Shown: positions 27,226 through 39,783 of the stretch, in pieces | How the letters are laid out: every line of letters starts with the position of its first letter | Position numbering within the stretch: position 1 is the first letter of the stretch | Assembly: GCF_018977255.1 (NCBI RefSeq) | Contig: NW_024704742.1 | Location: 7,690,001-7,754,000 of the forward strand | From: Callorhinchus milii | Taxonomy: Eukaryota | Direction: 5' to 3' | DNA: 64,000 nucleotides | Translations under genes and position numbers: made by a program | Notes under the pieces: generated by a model | Seen by the model: only the letters and a program-made list of their open reading frames with translations | Told to the model about the DNA's origin: nothing | Databases searched by the model: none

Positions 27226-27520
27226 TTTGATATAGCGTCTTATCATGTCTTTGTACTGTAAATGTACAAAGAATGTACTGTAAAGTGAATTGTATATTTG
27301 CTGTACATTTTGTGAGCAAAACGCGGCAGCCAATTGCGCACAGTTGTGTCCCACAAACAGTCGTGGATTGAGTGACCAATTTATTATGATTTTTTTTTGA
27401 AGGAATTATTATCCCCGGAAAACCGATCCACCAATCAACTAACAACCAGGTTCCTACTTACTGCTAGGTAAACAGAAGCGTGTGGTGTAAGGAAACTTGC
27501 CCAACATTTCGCCCTGCCGG
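27226..27520 (-). mobile_element. tRNA-Ala SINE, long type, truncated at both ends
   Basis: Deu core plus middle segment, ending at aacatttcgccctgccgg; followed by a plus-strand L2 tail at about 27521-27657. Confidence 0.8.
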
Positions 27521-28821
27521 GTCCTCTTCGACCGCACCTTTGGTCACCCTCCTACCCTCACCCCTCCTGACCCCAAGCCCCAGCCTTGACTGTCCAGCCC
27601 TTTGGGACATCCTTCCGATGTGAAAGGCACTATATAAATGTAATTTGTTGTTGTTGATCCTGTGAATTGTTACAAACCGGCAGAAGTTCAAGGTTCACAC
27701 TGCACAATAATGACAAGAAAAATGGAAATAGGTTGTTACTTGGACTCTTGTCACTCAGCCACTGGTACATTCAGGTGTCTCTATCAGCTCCACTTGACAG
27801 AGAACTACAATACGATATTAACACCACCCTCCAGCAAAACAAACACTGCCTGGAACGATAGTGATCCGAAAGTAAAAGTTTCACCTGTGAGATGGGGTGG
27901 AATTTCATGGGGAAATGAACTGCAGAGTTTTTATTGCACACGGTTAGATAACATTGACTCAGCAACAGCAGCAGCAAATAGCACGGCAGTAATAAAGATT
28001 CTGCTCAGTTGACCCAAAGAACTTAATTCATTTGGCTCGCGAGAGAGCGGTAACTGAACCTCGATGCAGTTCTGCATTCCAAGAGCTGCATTTAAATTTC
28101 CTTAACCGCTACTGTCCTTCAAACCGTCCACTAATGGCTAATGACTGTGTAGGAATGTACATGCTTGCCACTGGAGTACTTTACACCAGGGAAATCAGAG
28201 GTTTTCAAGCACCTCAGTAAGTGCTTGAAGAGTGGCTTTGGCAGAGACTTTGAGAGCAGGTAACGTGCTCACCTTTCTAATCACAGCCCAGGACCTTCAG
28301 GAAGGTAAAGAAAAAAGCATATGTAAACTGCGTTTTTTTTAAAAAGAAGAGAAGATTATCTTTCCTTTTTCTTGCACTGGTCCCATCGGTCTCTCTAGCT
28401 CCAACTCATCCAAAATTCCACCGCCTGCATCCTCACCCGTACCAAATCCACACAGTCATTACCGCAGTGCTTCACAAGTTCCACTGGCGATCTGTCTCCC
28501 AGTGAATCAACCTCAAGGTCCTCATCCAAACCTATAATTCCCTTCTCACTCTCTTTACCCCTCTGTCTCACCCCGTCTCACCCACCCCACACCCCCACTC
28601 TCTCAATCGATCTTTAAATCCAGCTTTAAAATCTACCACTTTGAACACACATATAATAGCCACCTCCCTACTCCCCCTTCTTCCCCCTCTGCTTAGCATC
28701 CATTCCCATCTGTGTAAAACGCTCTGAGACATTCCCCTTCATAGTGCAAGCTGTTCTTGTTGTACAGTTCTTGAAAAGTATTGCTTCTATTCTGATTCGT
28801 TTCATCATCCCCATAAAGTAA

Positions 28822-29170
28822 AAATAATAATAATAATGATGCTTGCATTTGATATAGCACTTTTCAGGTCTTCTAGATGTCTCAAAGCGCTTCACAGAAT
28901 ATACTGTAAAGTGAATTGACCGTATATTTGTGGGCGAAACGCGACAGATTGAAAATGACCAATTTATTATTGTTTTTTTGTTTTGGAGGGATTATTATTA
29001 GGCGTGTGGAGTAAGGAAACTTGCCCAAGGTGTTGCCCTGCCTATAGCACTTGAGGGTATTGAATAATAATAATCCTTGCATTTGATATAGCGCCTTATC
29101 ACGTCTTTGAGATGTCTCAAAAGCGCTTCACAGAATATACTGTAAAGTGAACTGACTGTGTATGTTGTGG
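28822..29170 (-). mobile_element. Two tandem Ala-SINE fragments
   Basis: Tails at 28822 and 29063; the first extends to ggaaacttgcccaagg. Confidence 0.8.
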
Positions 29171-30404
29171 AAGACGTAAAGATTTGACAGATCAGATACT
29201 TTATTTTGCTGTTTCAATGAAGAAAAGGTAATCTCCTGGTACACCTGACCAACGGCACCTTGAGCAATGCAACACGCTGTCTTGGGGCTCGAACCCACAA
29301 CCTTCTGGCTCAGAGGCGAGAGTGCTACCAACTGAGCCAGGCTTGTAGATAGCTTGTGGTTGGATTGGGCTTTGTCTGTTTGCCCAATTTACACCAATCA
29401 CCCAGAATAGTGCATTAACTCAGAATGATGTCTGCTAAACTACAGAGGCCAGGGAAAATCATAGATTTCCTGACTTAAATGGCTTCCAGCATTAATTAAC
29501 TGCCTTAATTGCTTTTCAACAATATAGTTGAAAACCAGGATTAGTCACTGAGCAGAAAATTGCAACCTCCATCTTAAATGGAGAAATTATTTGTACCTCC
29601 AAATCTCTGATTTTCCACCTATTGTCATTCATGTGTAAATAATACCATTAGGAAAACTGCCCCACAGATATATGAAGTGCAAATACATTCCTCACTGCCC
29701 TTACATCTAGTCAGTGCGACCATACGTGCTAAGGTAAGATGAATGTCCACGTTGGCACCAAGGTAAGTTTTTATTAGTGTTCGATTTCGAAAGGCTTGAA
29801 AATTAATGATGGTTTGCCACGCACTTTTGTCACGGATGCAGCAAATTCGTTTTGAAAGATTTTTTCTTGCTGTTGCCGCTTTGCAAAGTAGAGGCAGCGC
29901 AGCCCTCAATTTGTGGTCAGTGCATGCATTTGACACCCCAAGTTATGTTGCCGTAGGTTACAGAAAATCTACCTTTAAAATCCGAAAGCTGCATCGGCAA
30001 ATTTTAACACTAAAACCAATGCATCAAACTGTGGCCAACTGCTCAGTAAAGCTAAAACAGCATTTTAACGTACAAAGGATCAATTCAACTGAGGCAATTA
30101 TAGGATATCACAGAAACATGTCCTGCACACAAGATGTATAGTCGTGCCTGTTTACCGCAGAGTACCACGTAATACAAAGGCAGTAGGGGCACGAGTTTTC
30201 ATGGTAATTAATAAATTGTTCCTGGTTCCCATGGATTTAAGATGCTGAAAAACACATAGTGTGCATGAATATAATTGGGTGCAGTAGAAGAATTTTGATT
30301 ATTACTGCCTGAACACTTCAGTCCTGCCTGTTAACGTTTTCTATCTGCACGCAATTTCTAGCTATTTATGGCAACAGTTTCAACAACGTTGGACTAACTT
30401 TAAA

Positions 30405-30893
30405 AATTGCGCTGCATTTGTCCACAAAATATACAGTCTATTCATTTTTCTGTATATTTTGTGAAATGCTTTGGGACATCTCAAAGACGTGATCAGGCAC
30501 TAGATCAAAGAAAAGTACATTTGTGTAGCGTTTTTCACGTTGGGTGGACGCCCCAAGGTGCTGTGAAAAGGCACTATATCAAATGCAAGGATTATTATTA
30601 TTAATAATAATAATTTTACAAAAATAAATGAACATTCTGCTACTTTGTTTTAAAGAAATGATTTTGCACAAATGAGCCCCTCGCAAAGAGGTTTTTAAAC
30701 TTAAAATACACACTTTGGGGTTTCCACAAAGATTATAAATAATATTGTTTAAAACAATTAGATAATACTTATTATAATCCTTATATTTGATAAAGCGCCT
30801 CATCACGTCATTGAGATGTCTCAAAGCGCTTCACAGGATATACTATTGAGTAAATTGACTGTATATTTTGTGGGAAAACACAGCAGATAATTG
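30405..30893. mobile_element. Opposed SINE tails (plus about 30405-30603, minus about 30770-30893)
   Basis: ccacaaaatatacagtc..atcaaatgcaaggattatt and its reverse complement. Confidence 0.75.
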
Positions 30894-32104
30894 CCCTCCT
30901 GTACCAAATGTATGGTTGTCTGATAGTAGGGAGATGTGAGAGCAATAATACACATGCTGGTCCAAAAAAAATGTTTGAATATAGAATATTCAGACAGTAT
31001 CCAGACATCAACAGATCACTAGCATTCTAATGTCTTGATAATGCTATAACCCTCTAACATGCGCAATAAATATACAGTGACCAAGTTTTAAATAATTCAA
31101 TGGCAGTTAACGCACATTATTTGGTTCTATACAGTCTGTCCACAAGCAGACATTTAATTTCCAATGAATAAACATGTCCAGAGACACAGTATTCCGCTTG
31201 GTAGACTCACGCGTATCTCTCTGTTTTAAGAAGATACATTTTAAACCAGCTTACCCTTTGCCATCAACACCCTGATCGCTGTTCTGTCTGTTTTTGATGA
31301 TAAACCTAAGCCTGGTGGAAGTCAAAGGTTAATAACTGGAGATCTTGTGCTTCATACCAGCCTTGTTAAATGGAGATCTGGTACAATAGCCACACAATTG
31401 CTGATGCAAAGGGCTGATATGTATTCAAACACAGTTAGACGGTATCAGCCATTCATTTCAATATACTAAATAACCCAATTATTCAACATGTCTTTCTGTT
31501 TCAAGGAGCAGGCAGAGAATACAGGAAGTTAAACGCCAATGTGTGAACCTTTTCCATGTAGTTTAACTTCCGTCAGTCTTCCCCCAGTCCCCCCAAAAAA
31601 GAGCGAATATTCCTTATGTATTATACAAACTCAGTCATTGTTACTACTGCAGTCAATCAGTCAGTTACGAAGTTCTCTTCAAAATAAATCATTGTACTCT
31701 GCGTCCAAGAACTAAAAAGCACCAAACATTTTCCAGCTCCTGAGATGAAAGTGCACAGGTTTGCTCGGTCTTGCACTGTTGCAGTTCTGCCACGAAAGGT
31801 TTCCAGAGAGCTAAGCAAACACTCAAAACATCCCCAACGCTGGGCACAATTGTGCTACTCCCAGCAAACCCAACACCTATTTTCCATTGACCCGTCAGAC
31901 TGATTGGAATCTGTTAATTTCCCCACCTCTCCCCCCAGAGAAAAATACGAAAAGGGACGACATCCGGGACCATTAACGAGTGGAACCTGAAACCCCAAAA
32001 AGTGTTATCAATTGTTTACCCCACTTTTTGCACTAAATGTTTGTTTGCACTGGTATATAACACCCTGTTTCAGCAGTATGCCCTTCGTGAACAATTCCTC
32101 TTAC

Positions 32105-32768
32105 CTTGACACACGTTCTTTTGCTCTTCGTAGCCTTCCTTGCATATGCACCTTCCAATGGGAACCAGCCACTCCCCATCCGCGCTGCAGTACATTTTCG
32201 GAGTGTCGTCTTTCGCTGAGTTGTTGACGCACGTGCCTGGCACTTCTACCAGGGAGGAGGAATCGGCCCCCGTGATTGTGTCTTGGAAGAGAGCAAGGCT
32301 GTGCAGTATGGACTGGCACTTCTTATAGTACACGCGCACAGAGACCAGGGCAATGCAGGCGCCCACATCTTGAAAGGCCAGATAGAAGCCCTTTTTAGAC
32401 AGCGGGCCCACGTCTCGCACTTCTGTGTTCAGCTTCATGACACGGTCTCCAAGGTCGAGCTCCGTGAAGCTCTCGTCAGCTGCGATCGTGTCGATTTTCG
32501 AGTACTGGTTTTCTCTGATGTTTCTCCCGTCTTCGTCGTCGGATTCGAAATAATACACGTTGAATGTTTCCTTGCAGGTTCCCAGGCCGCCGGGGAGGCT
32601 GTTGCAGTCCCGCAATGTAAACTTTAGCTCGATGAATATACGGCGGGCCCCTTCGTTAGAGATCCAGATAGTCTGCAGCCAGTTATTCTGATTTTGCTCC
32701 ATTACGTTGCACACTTGGTACGTGTGTATAGGCGTATAATTCTCATCCACTTCGCTAATTTCTTCCCA
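32105..32768 (-). CDS. EPHA5: Eph receptor A5-like, coding exon 3 (ephrin ligand-binding domain and start of Cys-rich region)
   Basis: Translates [70 protein letters not shown]...[61 protein letters not shown]...[43 protein letters not shown] and [12 protein letters not shown] match EPHA5 as I recall it. Acceptor cctacag|TGG at 32768, donor CAA G|gtaaga at 32105; 664 bp, phase 0 to 1. Confidence 0.93.
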
Positions 32769-32903
32769 CTGTAGGATGTAAACACAAGAAAATTGTTAAA
32801 TATAATGCATTAGAACTGGTCATTTATTAGTAAATGTGATTCATTATAATCTGTCCATATTTTAGGCCTTGTTGTGGCATAATGGTGATGTGATCTCCCA
32901 TGC

Positions 32904-33239
32904 AATAATAATCCTTGCAGTTGATGTAGCGCCTTATCACTTCTTTGAGACGTCTCAAAGAGCTTCACAGAATATACTGTAAAGTGAATTGACGGTATAT
33001 TTTGTGGGCGAAACACAGCAGCCAATTGCGCACAGCAGCGTCTCATAATTATTATTATTATTATTACTTATTTAAGGGATTATTACCCCCGGAAAAGTGA
33101 TCTGCCAATTAACTAACAACCGTGTTCCTACTTACTCCTAGGTAATCAAAAGCCTAAGGTTTTGCCCTGCTCGGGAATCGAATAAAGATCCTCTCGCTTG
33201 CGAGGCGAGTGTTCTAACCACTGAGCTACAGGACTCCAC
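32904..33239 (-). mobile_element. tRNA-Ala SINE, long type, about 135 bp upstream of the exon 3 acceptor
   Basis: Tail through head ctcgcttgcgaggcgagtgttctaaccactgagctacaggactccac. Confidence 0.88.
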
Positions 33240-33299
33240 ACACATGTAAGAGGCATGTTTTGCAGTACAATACTATAGTCACAACATTCAACTTGTAAT

Positions 33300-33680
33300 A
33301 ATAATATTATTGACTTGATCAACTAACTGAACATCTCAAAACACTTCACAGGATTCACTGTAAAGTTTAGAGACTGCATTTGTAGGTTGAATGCGGCAGC
33401 CAATTTGCGTCCAGCAATTGTCCCACAAACAGCCAGGAAGTGATTGTCCAATTTTATCTGGAGGATTGTTGCCCGAGACACCAGGAGAAACTCCCTTCGT
33501 TTTTTGAATAGTGCCATGGGGGTCTTTAACGTCCACCCGAACCAGTAGACGGGTTTAACACCTCATCAGAAGGACGACACCTCCGACAATGCAGCACATT
33601 CCCAGCCGAGACTATGAGTTTGAAGACCCGAAGTGGGGCTTAAACCCACAAACTTCTGACTCAGAGTTGAGTGCAGTAAC
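33300..33680 (-). mobile_element. Long DeuSINE-like element
   Basis: aatagtgccatgggggtctttaacgtccacc...ggggcttaaacccacaaacttctgactcagag. Confidence 0.8.
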
Positions 33681-34489
33681 ACCCCCAGGCTTACCGGGCT
33701 CCGAGTAACCAAACCGAAAAAACTTTAAATAATTTTCTGGGGCCCGCATGTGAACTCCCGCCAGCCTAACTCTCCTAGCGAGCGTGAACCCTGCGTTGAA
33801 CAGTCCACGTGATCTGCATAGCTTCCCGCCTCACCCTCCTTTTGTCTGGCGTCCAGTGTCCGTCTGGGTGAGCGACAACTACGAGACATGACGGTATCTT
33901 TCCCTCATGTATTGGCAGTCAATCGCTGGTATCGCAGTTAGTCATGTCGTGTGAAGTAATATCCCGTGTCCTTTCCTGTGGTGTGACTTGAGTCTCAGCT
34001 TATATTGTGTGCCGTTATGTACATCGACATATAGTACGGAATCAAAATTTCAGTGGTTTGATGAAAGTATTAACTTACTGTTGCTAATTTGCAGTTGCTA
34101 AAAGAGCATATGTAGTGCCTAAAGATGTACAAAACATTATATGTATAGGTGCATTTGTACGATATGATGATATGTATTGTATCTATGCCAAGTCCTTTTT
34201 TTTATTATAGTGGCCATTTCTGTCTCTCAGTGGCCACTTGTCAATTTGGGGTGGACAGCATTGGTATAATAATAATAATAATAATCCTTGCATTTGATAC
34301 AGCGCCTTATCACGTATTCGAGACGTCTCAAAGCACTTCACAGAATATACTGTATATTCTGTGGGCGAACATTAACAACAACTTGAATCTTGAATTTATA
34401 CCTTACCCTTCGCAAAGGAAGGCTGCTAAATAAATTCACAAAGCTGTACAAGTGAACGGGGTGAATGGAACAAACAACGCATATGCTCG

Positions 34490-34534
34490 CGCACACACAC
34501 ACACGCACCACACACACACACACACACACACACA
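34490..34534. repeat. (CA)n microsatellite
   Basis: Direct reading; a (GA)n tract also lies at about 34863-34886. Confidence 0.9.
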
Positions 34535-36728
34535 GGAGATCCCCATTATAATACACCTCTCTAGAGCATGAATCCACTTATAAATGGGGTGGAGTGTGGA
34601 CCCACTGTAACCTGAGATGGGGAACACTTCTGATTTCCTGCGCGCTTGCACAGGAAGCTAATCATTCCGCGCAGGAAGCAAAATCAGCAGCGATCTGACA
34701 ATCCAGAAGTGGGGCTGGCAGCCTATTTCTCCCCCCTCCCCCTTTGCAGACCCATTGTAACACAGTGTGCAATTTTATGGCCCCAAAACATTGCGATATA
34801 ATGGGGTTGCCCTAAGGAACTGGCAACAGTGAGTAAGCGAAATAAAAAGTATATAGGGGAGCGAGAGAGAGAGAGAGAGAGAGAGAGCAAAAAAAAGTGA
34901 GGGTACGGCATGCACAATTGGCAAAATATGCATGTACATAAAAGGATATTCAGTTTTAATTATCTTTCACAGAACACATCAGGGAAGGAGGGGGAGAGTA
35001 TTCTGTAGTCATAGAAAACAGGTTAAGGTTGCCTTCCTAATGGTGTTAATTTCATTGCAATGAGGTGAAAGGTGGGTGGGGGGGGGGTGGGAGGATAACA
35101 TCAATCACACAAAGTAATTCATCGATAGACTGCAGCACTTCAGGATGTGAAATTACATCTGACAGGCAGGACAGTATTTAAGCTTGCTTTAAGATGGGGG
35201 CTCGGGAGGGTAGAGGCAAAGCAGACTCCTCATCTGCTGCCTCTTCTCTCCCTCTCATGCGACGCACGCTCTTTGCTCCCTGTCGCCAGGGCCAATAGAA
35301 AACTGCAGAAATATCGACCAAAAATGGCTGGGAAATTTTGCGGTAAATTATGGGGAGTTGATTGCTGCTGTTCAGTGGCGCGATTTACTGCTAACCTCCA
35401 TTTTATTGATGGAAAATGAAATAATGAGAAATAACACATTGTAGACGACGCACGGAATCTATTGAAGCTCTCTTTCGCAAAAACTGGACAGCCCACTATT
35501 GGGGTGGGAGGGAATACACCAGCGCAGGCCTGAATGGTCCGTTTCCACCTCGCCCTACATTTGAAGACCTGGAGATCACCGCCTCCTGTCTCTCCTGGCC
35601 CATGGCTGCTCACACAGACACCCAGGAAGAAAGAAACACACACACACACACACAGAGACACACGCATACTTGCAAAAGCCCTCTGACCTCTGGGGAAATC
35701 TGGCTCTCTCCAGTGGTCAGAAGGAGAGCGAACCTGCCCGGTGCTTCCTCTGACCTCCGCCAGCCCAGCCAGTGCTATGTTTTGGGAGCCCTCAACATCC
35801 AGAGCCCCGGGCCACAGCCCCTTAAAGGCCTTGGGTTCATCCAGCCTCAGTCACAGAGGTGAGGAGATAAACTAACATACTGCTTGTAATCTGTTCTAAA
35901 CGAATGGCATAGGCGTGAGGTTGGACTGATTAAATGGAATAACCTCGTTCTTCACCGATGTGTCACAGAAATCTACTTTCCCACCCGCAGGTCAGTCCCT
36001 CTAGAATGCCACACTTGTATGTCTAAAATGACATGGTAACTGAAAGCCTTCGGACTCTAACTGTACAGCACGTGGTTGAATGGCCCTTTTACCCCAACTC
36101 CCCAGACACTAATCTGTCCAAAGCATTTCACGCTGATAATATTACATTCACGGCTTAGCCTCAGCAACTGCATCCATAAATCAATTCCAGTCCCGTTTTA
36201 ATCATCTATCTGTAATCAGTGGCTATTCAGACCACATTTACATCTCATTTCTGCTGGCCAAATAGTCACATTGGACCTTTGAAGCTTATTCAGGCTTAAA
36301 TTATTATATTCTCTTATAAACACTGAGGTTCTTTCAGCCCGCTCTCTATGAGGAGCATTAATATGTCTCGCTGGCAGAAAGTAATGCCAATGAACAAATA
36401 ACATTCTACTATTCATCTCGCAAGACCCCCTCACACCCAGTAATGGGCTATTTTGTTGGCCACTTAAAAGAGTGTCCTTGATGTTGTAATCATACAGCTG
36501 TCCAAACTCCAGGACAAACAGATGGAATCACAGTTTGCCGTCATCAGTACAATTCCTCAACACCAGAAAAAAAAATGCAACAGTAACATTTAGTCTTACG
36601 GAAAAATTTACAGTTGTCTCCTCTCCCTTTATTTTTTCGTATCTCCCTCCTCCGGATCCACTAAGGCGGTTAACTCCTTCCCCCCTTCCCCCTGAAGTAC
36701 ATAGGTCATTTATCTGAGAACCTAGATA

Positions 36729-37057
36729 TTAATAATCCTTGCATTTGATATAGCACCTTATCATCACATCTTCTATACATCTCAAAGCATTTCACAGAAT
36801 ATACTGTCAAGTGAATTGGCTGCATGTTTTGAGGGCAAAATGCTGAAGCCAATTGCACAAGTAGTGTCCCACAAACAGTCGTGGATTGAGTGACCAAATT
36901 ATTATTTTTTTAAGGGATTATTACCCCCGGAAAAGAGACCAATCGACTAACCAACCGGGTTCCTACTTACTGCTAGGTAAACAGTAGAGTAAGGAAACCT
37001 GCCCAATGTTGCGCCCTGCGAGGCGAGTGCTCTAACCACTGAGCTACAGGACTCCAC
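36729..37057 (-). mobile_element. tRNA-Ala SINE, long type with head deletion
   Basis: Tail, middle segment, head gagtgctctaaccactgagctacaggactccac; the B-box region is missing. Confidence 0.85.
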
Positions 37058-38069
37058 ATACAGCTTCGAAATGAGTCTAACCCGTCCCCACACAAATAAA
37101 GCTGACGTCAAATTCTGCCCTGAACCTCGAGCTGACGATGACTACTGATCAAGCACAACTAATACTGTCGTATTATAGGCAAACAAATTCCTCCTTGCTT
37201 TTGCGGGAGATAGAGCAGAATATAGAGATAAGAGCTATCCGCTAAGTACACGATGTAAAGGAAGGTGAGTGATCAGAAGAAATATGACGTTGAATATATG
37301 AGAGTGCTTTCAAATCTACTGGGCTTCAGGAAATTGGATTTTCAAAGGATCCAGACTCCAAATCACAGAGCTGACTGCAAAAGTACGGATCTTTGTGCTA
37401 GATGACCCCAGTTCTTCAGCTCGTCCAGGCAGAGATTTAGTTGTTACAACATGAAACAGATGGTAGGAGTGAGTAGGAGCAAATTATAGAAAAATATCAG
37501 AATAAATTACAAAAGTAAAAATGCAAGAAACTATTCATTAGTATGCAATCTACTCGCATCTTTAGGAGACAGATAGCAGAATTCCTCCTGCCCCCACCCA
37601 CCACCACCCCCACACACACACACTTACACAAGTAATCCTGATATTTGATGTAATAATAATTCTGATGTGATTATGATATAATAATAAATGAGATGTCTCG
37701 AAGATGTGATGAGGCGCTATATCAAATGTAAGGATTATGATTATTATTATTATGTGGGACTTGCTCATTCCACACTTGTAAAGAAGGTTCGTTCAGTTCA
37801 TCAATGGTGGTAGAGCAAGTATCACCACAAGCCTAACTTGTCAAGGTTAAGTTTGGGGTATCTTGGCTTTGCTGATGTTATAGGGTCTTTCTCGGAGATC
37901 AAAATCTTACCTGGTTTGAAGCAGAGACAGAAATTGTCCAAGAACACATCGAAAAGTACTGTAGGATTTATCACGGAAAATTCGATTGATGGAAACGAAA
38001 GGACATGCTGACATTTCGCCATCTATTTATAATGTTTGAGAGAAACGTGGAAGTGTTTTTTGCTGGTGG

Positions 38070-38439
38070 TTGCTTACCCCCCCACTCCACCACCCTCCGC
38101 TCAGTTGGCTTCAGCCTCCTGTTTGTCCCTCGTCCCCTCCGCCCCACCATCGGTGGCCGTGATCACGTTCATACTATCTTAGAGCAATCAGTAAGTTGAT
38201 CTGTCCGTGCCTTCAACAGCTACGCCCCATAACCCTGGAACTCTCTCCCTCAAACCCTCCGCCTCGCCCCCTCCCTCCCCACTTCCAAATCCCGCCTAAA
38301 GACCTTCCTGTTTGATGGTGCTTACGGTCACCTCCTCCCTCCCTCTCCCCCTGACTCGGGGTCAGAGTCCGCCACTATCAAGCTCTCTGGGACTCTACCC
38401 CGCGTGAAGGGCACTATGTAAATGCAAGTTGTTGTTGTT
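38070..38439 (+). mobile_element. L2 3' fragment with a 43-bp internal insertion
   Basis: ccaccatcggtggccgtg...ccttc..gccccataaccctggaactctctccctcaa..aaatgcaag(ttg)n. Confidence 0.85.
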
Positions 38440-38492
38440 TCATTGCTCTTCATACTATTAACACTACAGCTATGGGTAAAATAGGTTTTAAC

Positions 38493-38625
38493 ATCAACAA
38501 CAACTTGCCCTTAGGTCGAGCCCTCCGCGCAGGGCAGCGTCTCGGAGAGCTTAACAGTGGCGGAGCCTGACTCCGAGTCGGGGGGAGTGGGGAGGTGGTC
38601 AAAGAGGAACGTTTTCAAACGCCAG
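38493..38625 (-). mobile_element. L2 3' tail
   Basis: caacaacaacttgc..gcagggcagcgtctc..gcttaacagtggcggagcctgactccgag, matching 5473-5570. Confidence 0.8.
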
Positions 38626-39324
38626 GAAGGTGGAAGGCAAACTAGATGGACCTTGGTCTTTTTTTCGCCGAGCATTTCTTATGTAAATACAATTTACATT
38701 TATGTAGTGCCTTTCAGATTGACAGGACGTCTCAAAGCACTTCACATTTCTGGCTGGGCAGCGGGAGGGGGTGGTGACGGAGGGGGGGGGGGGGGGCGGG
38801 GGGGGAGATGTGAAGAAGACAAATTGGAAACAAACACCCATGAACAACCTCACACAGGCACAACTGTTTCCATGTTATCACTGACTGCAAAGTTAATTGC
38901 TGGAATCCATGCCACCAACAGCCTTGGGGAACCCAGAGGCTGGATCTATTTGAACTGTTTTGGTTGTCTGGCTCTGTAGCCCCTGGAATGTAAACATGGC
39001 ATTAGTTACACTGGTTCCCAAGTAGATAGAGTATTTGCAGAGAGTGTGCAGCTGGCAAACAGCACACACGCACAGTCCTCAGTGAAGAGGTCACACAAGG
39101 GGTTCTATAACGCTCGTGAAAACCAATCACGGTGCCGATATTGATTACACCACTGTAAATTCCCTTTAGTTCTTTATTTTTTCCCTTTGTTCGGCTTCAA
39201 TCTTCTTTCATTGTTTTCTCTCTTTTCAGTTCACCGTCATTTCAAGAGAGGAGTGAGATTGTAAAGACAGGCTTTATTAACCTTACCTGGAGATCAGAGG
39301 ACCACACTGATTACGGTTGTTAAA

Positions 39325-39783
39325 GTAATAATCCTTGCATTTAAAATAGCACCTGATCATGCCATTGTACATCTCAAAACGCTGCACAGGATTGACTGTG
39401 AAGTGTAGCGATCTGGGACGCTATCCTGCGTGAAGCACGCCATATGAATACAAGTTGTTGCTGTTGTAGTGACTGTGTATTTGTAGGAGAATTTGGGCAG
39501 CCAAATTTGTGCACAGAATTGTCCCCCAAACAATCATGAAATAAATAACCAATTTTAGGCAGCGAAGTGTTGACTAGGACACCGGGAGAAACTCCCTTCT
39601 CTTTTCACGTAGTGCTATGGGATCTTTAATGTCCATCTGAGCAGGCTCGGCTTAACATCTCATTCAAAGAACACCACTTCGGAGAGTCAGTTTGGATTGT
39701 GAGCTCAAAGGTCCGACCCTGGGCTTGAACCCATAACCTTCTGACTTGGAGACGAGCGTCACTAGTTGTGCCAGTCTGACACC
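39325..39783 (-). mobile_element. Long DeuSINE-like element with an inserted plus-strand L2 tail (39412-39464)
   Basis: Deu core and head present; insert flanked by tgtagcga and tgtagtga. Confidence 0.75.

Noticed and set aside
32070..32104. ORF extension [11 protein letters not shown] past exon 3 as a secreted Eph isoform
   Set aside because: A strong GTAAGA donor sits at 32104, and I saw no minus-strand AATAAA close downstream. The ORF's apparent M start is an internal GTG (Val).
1..32104. EPHA5 exon 4 (C.PGFFK..C..CP..S)
   Set aside because: Not found by eye. VPGFFVA near 7640 is on the wrong strand and lacks the Cys pattern. TBLASTN would settle this.
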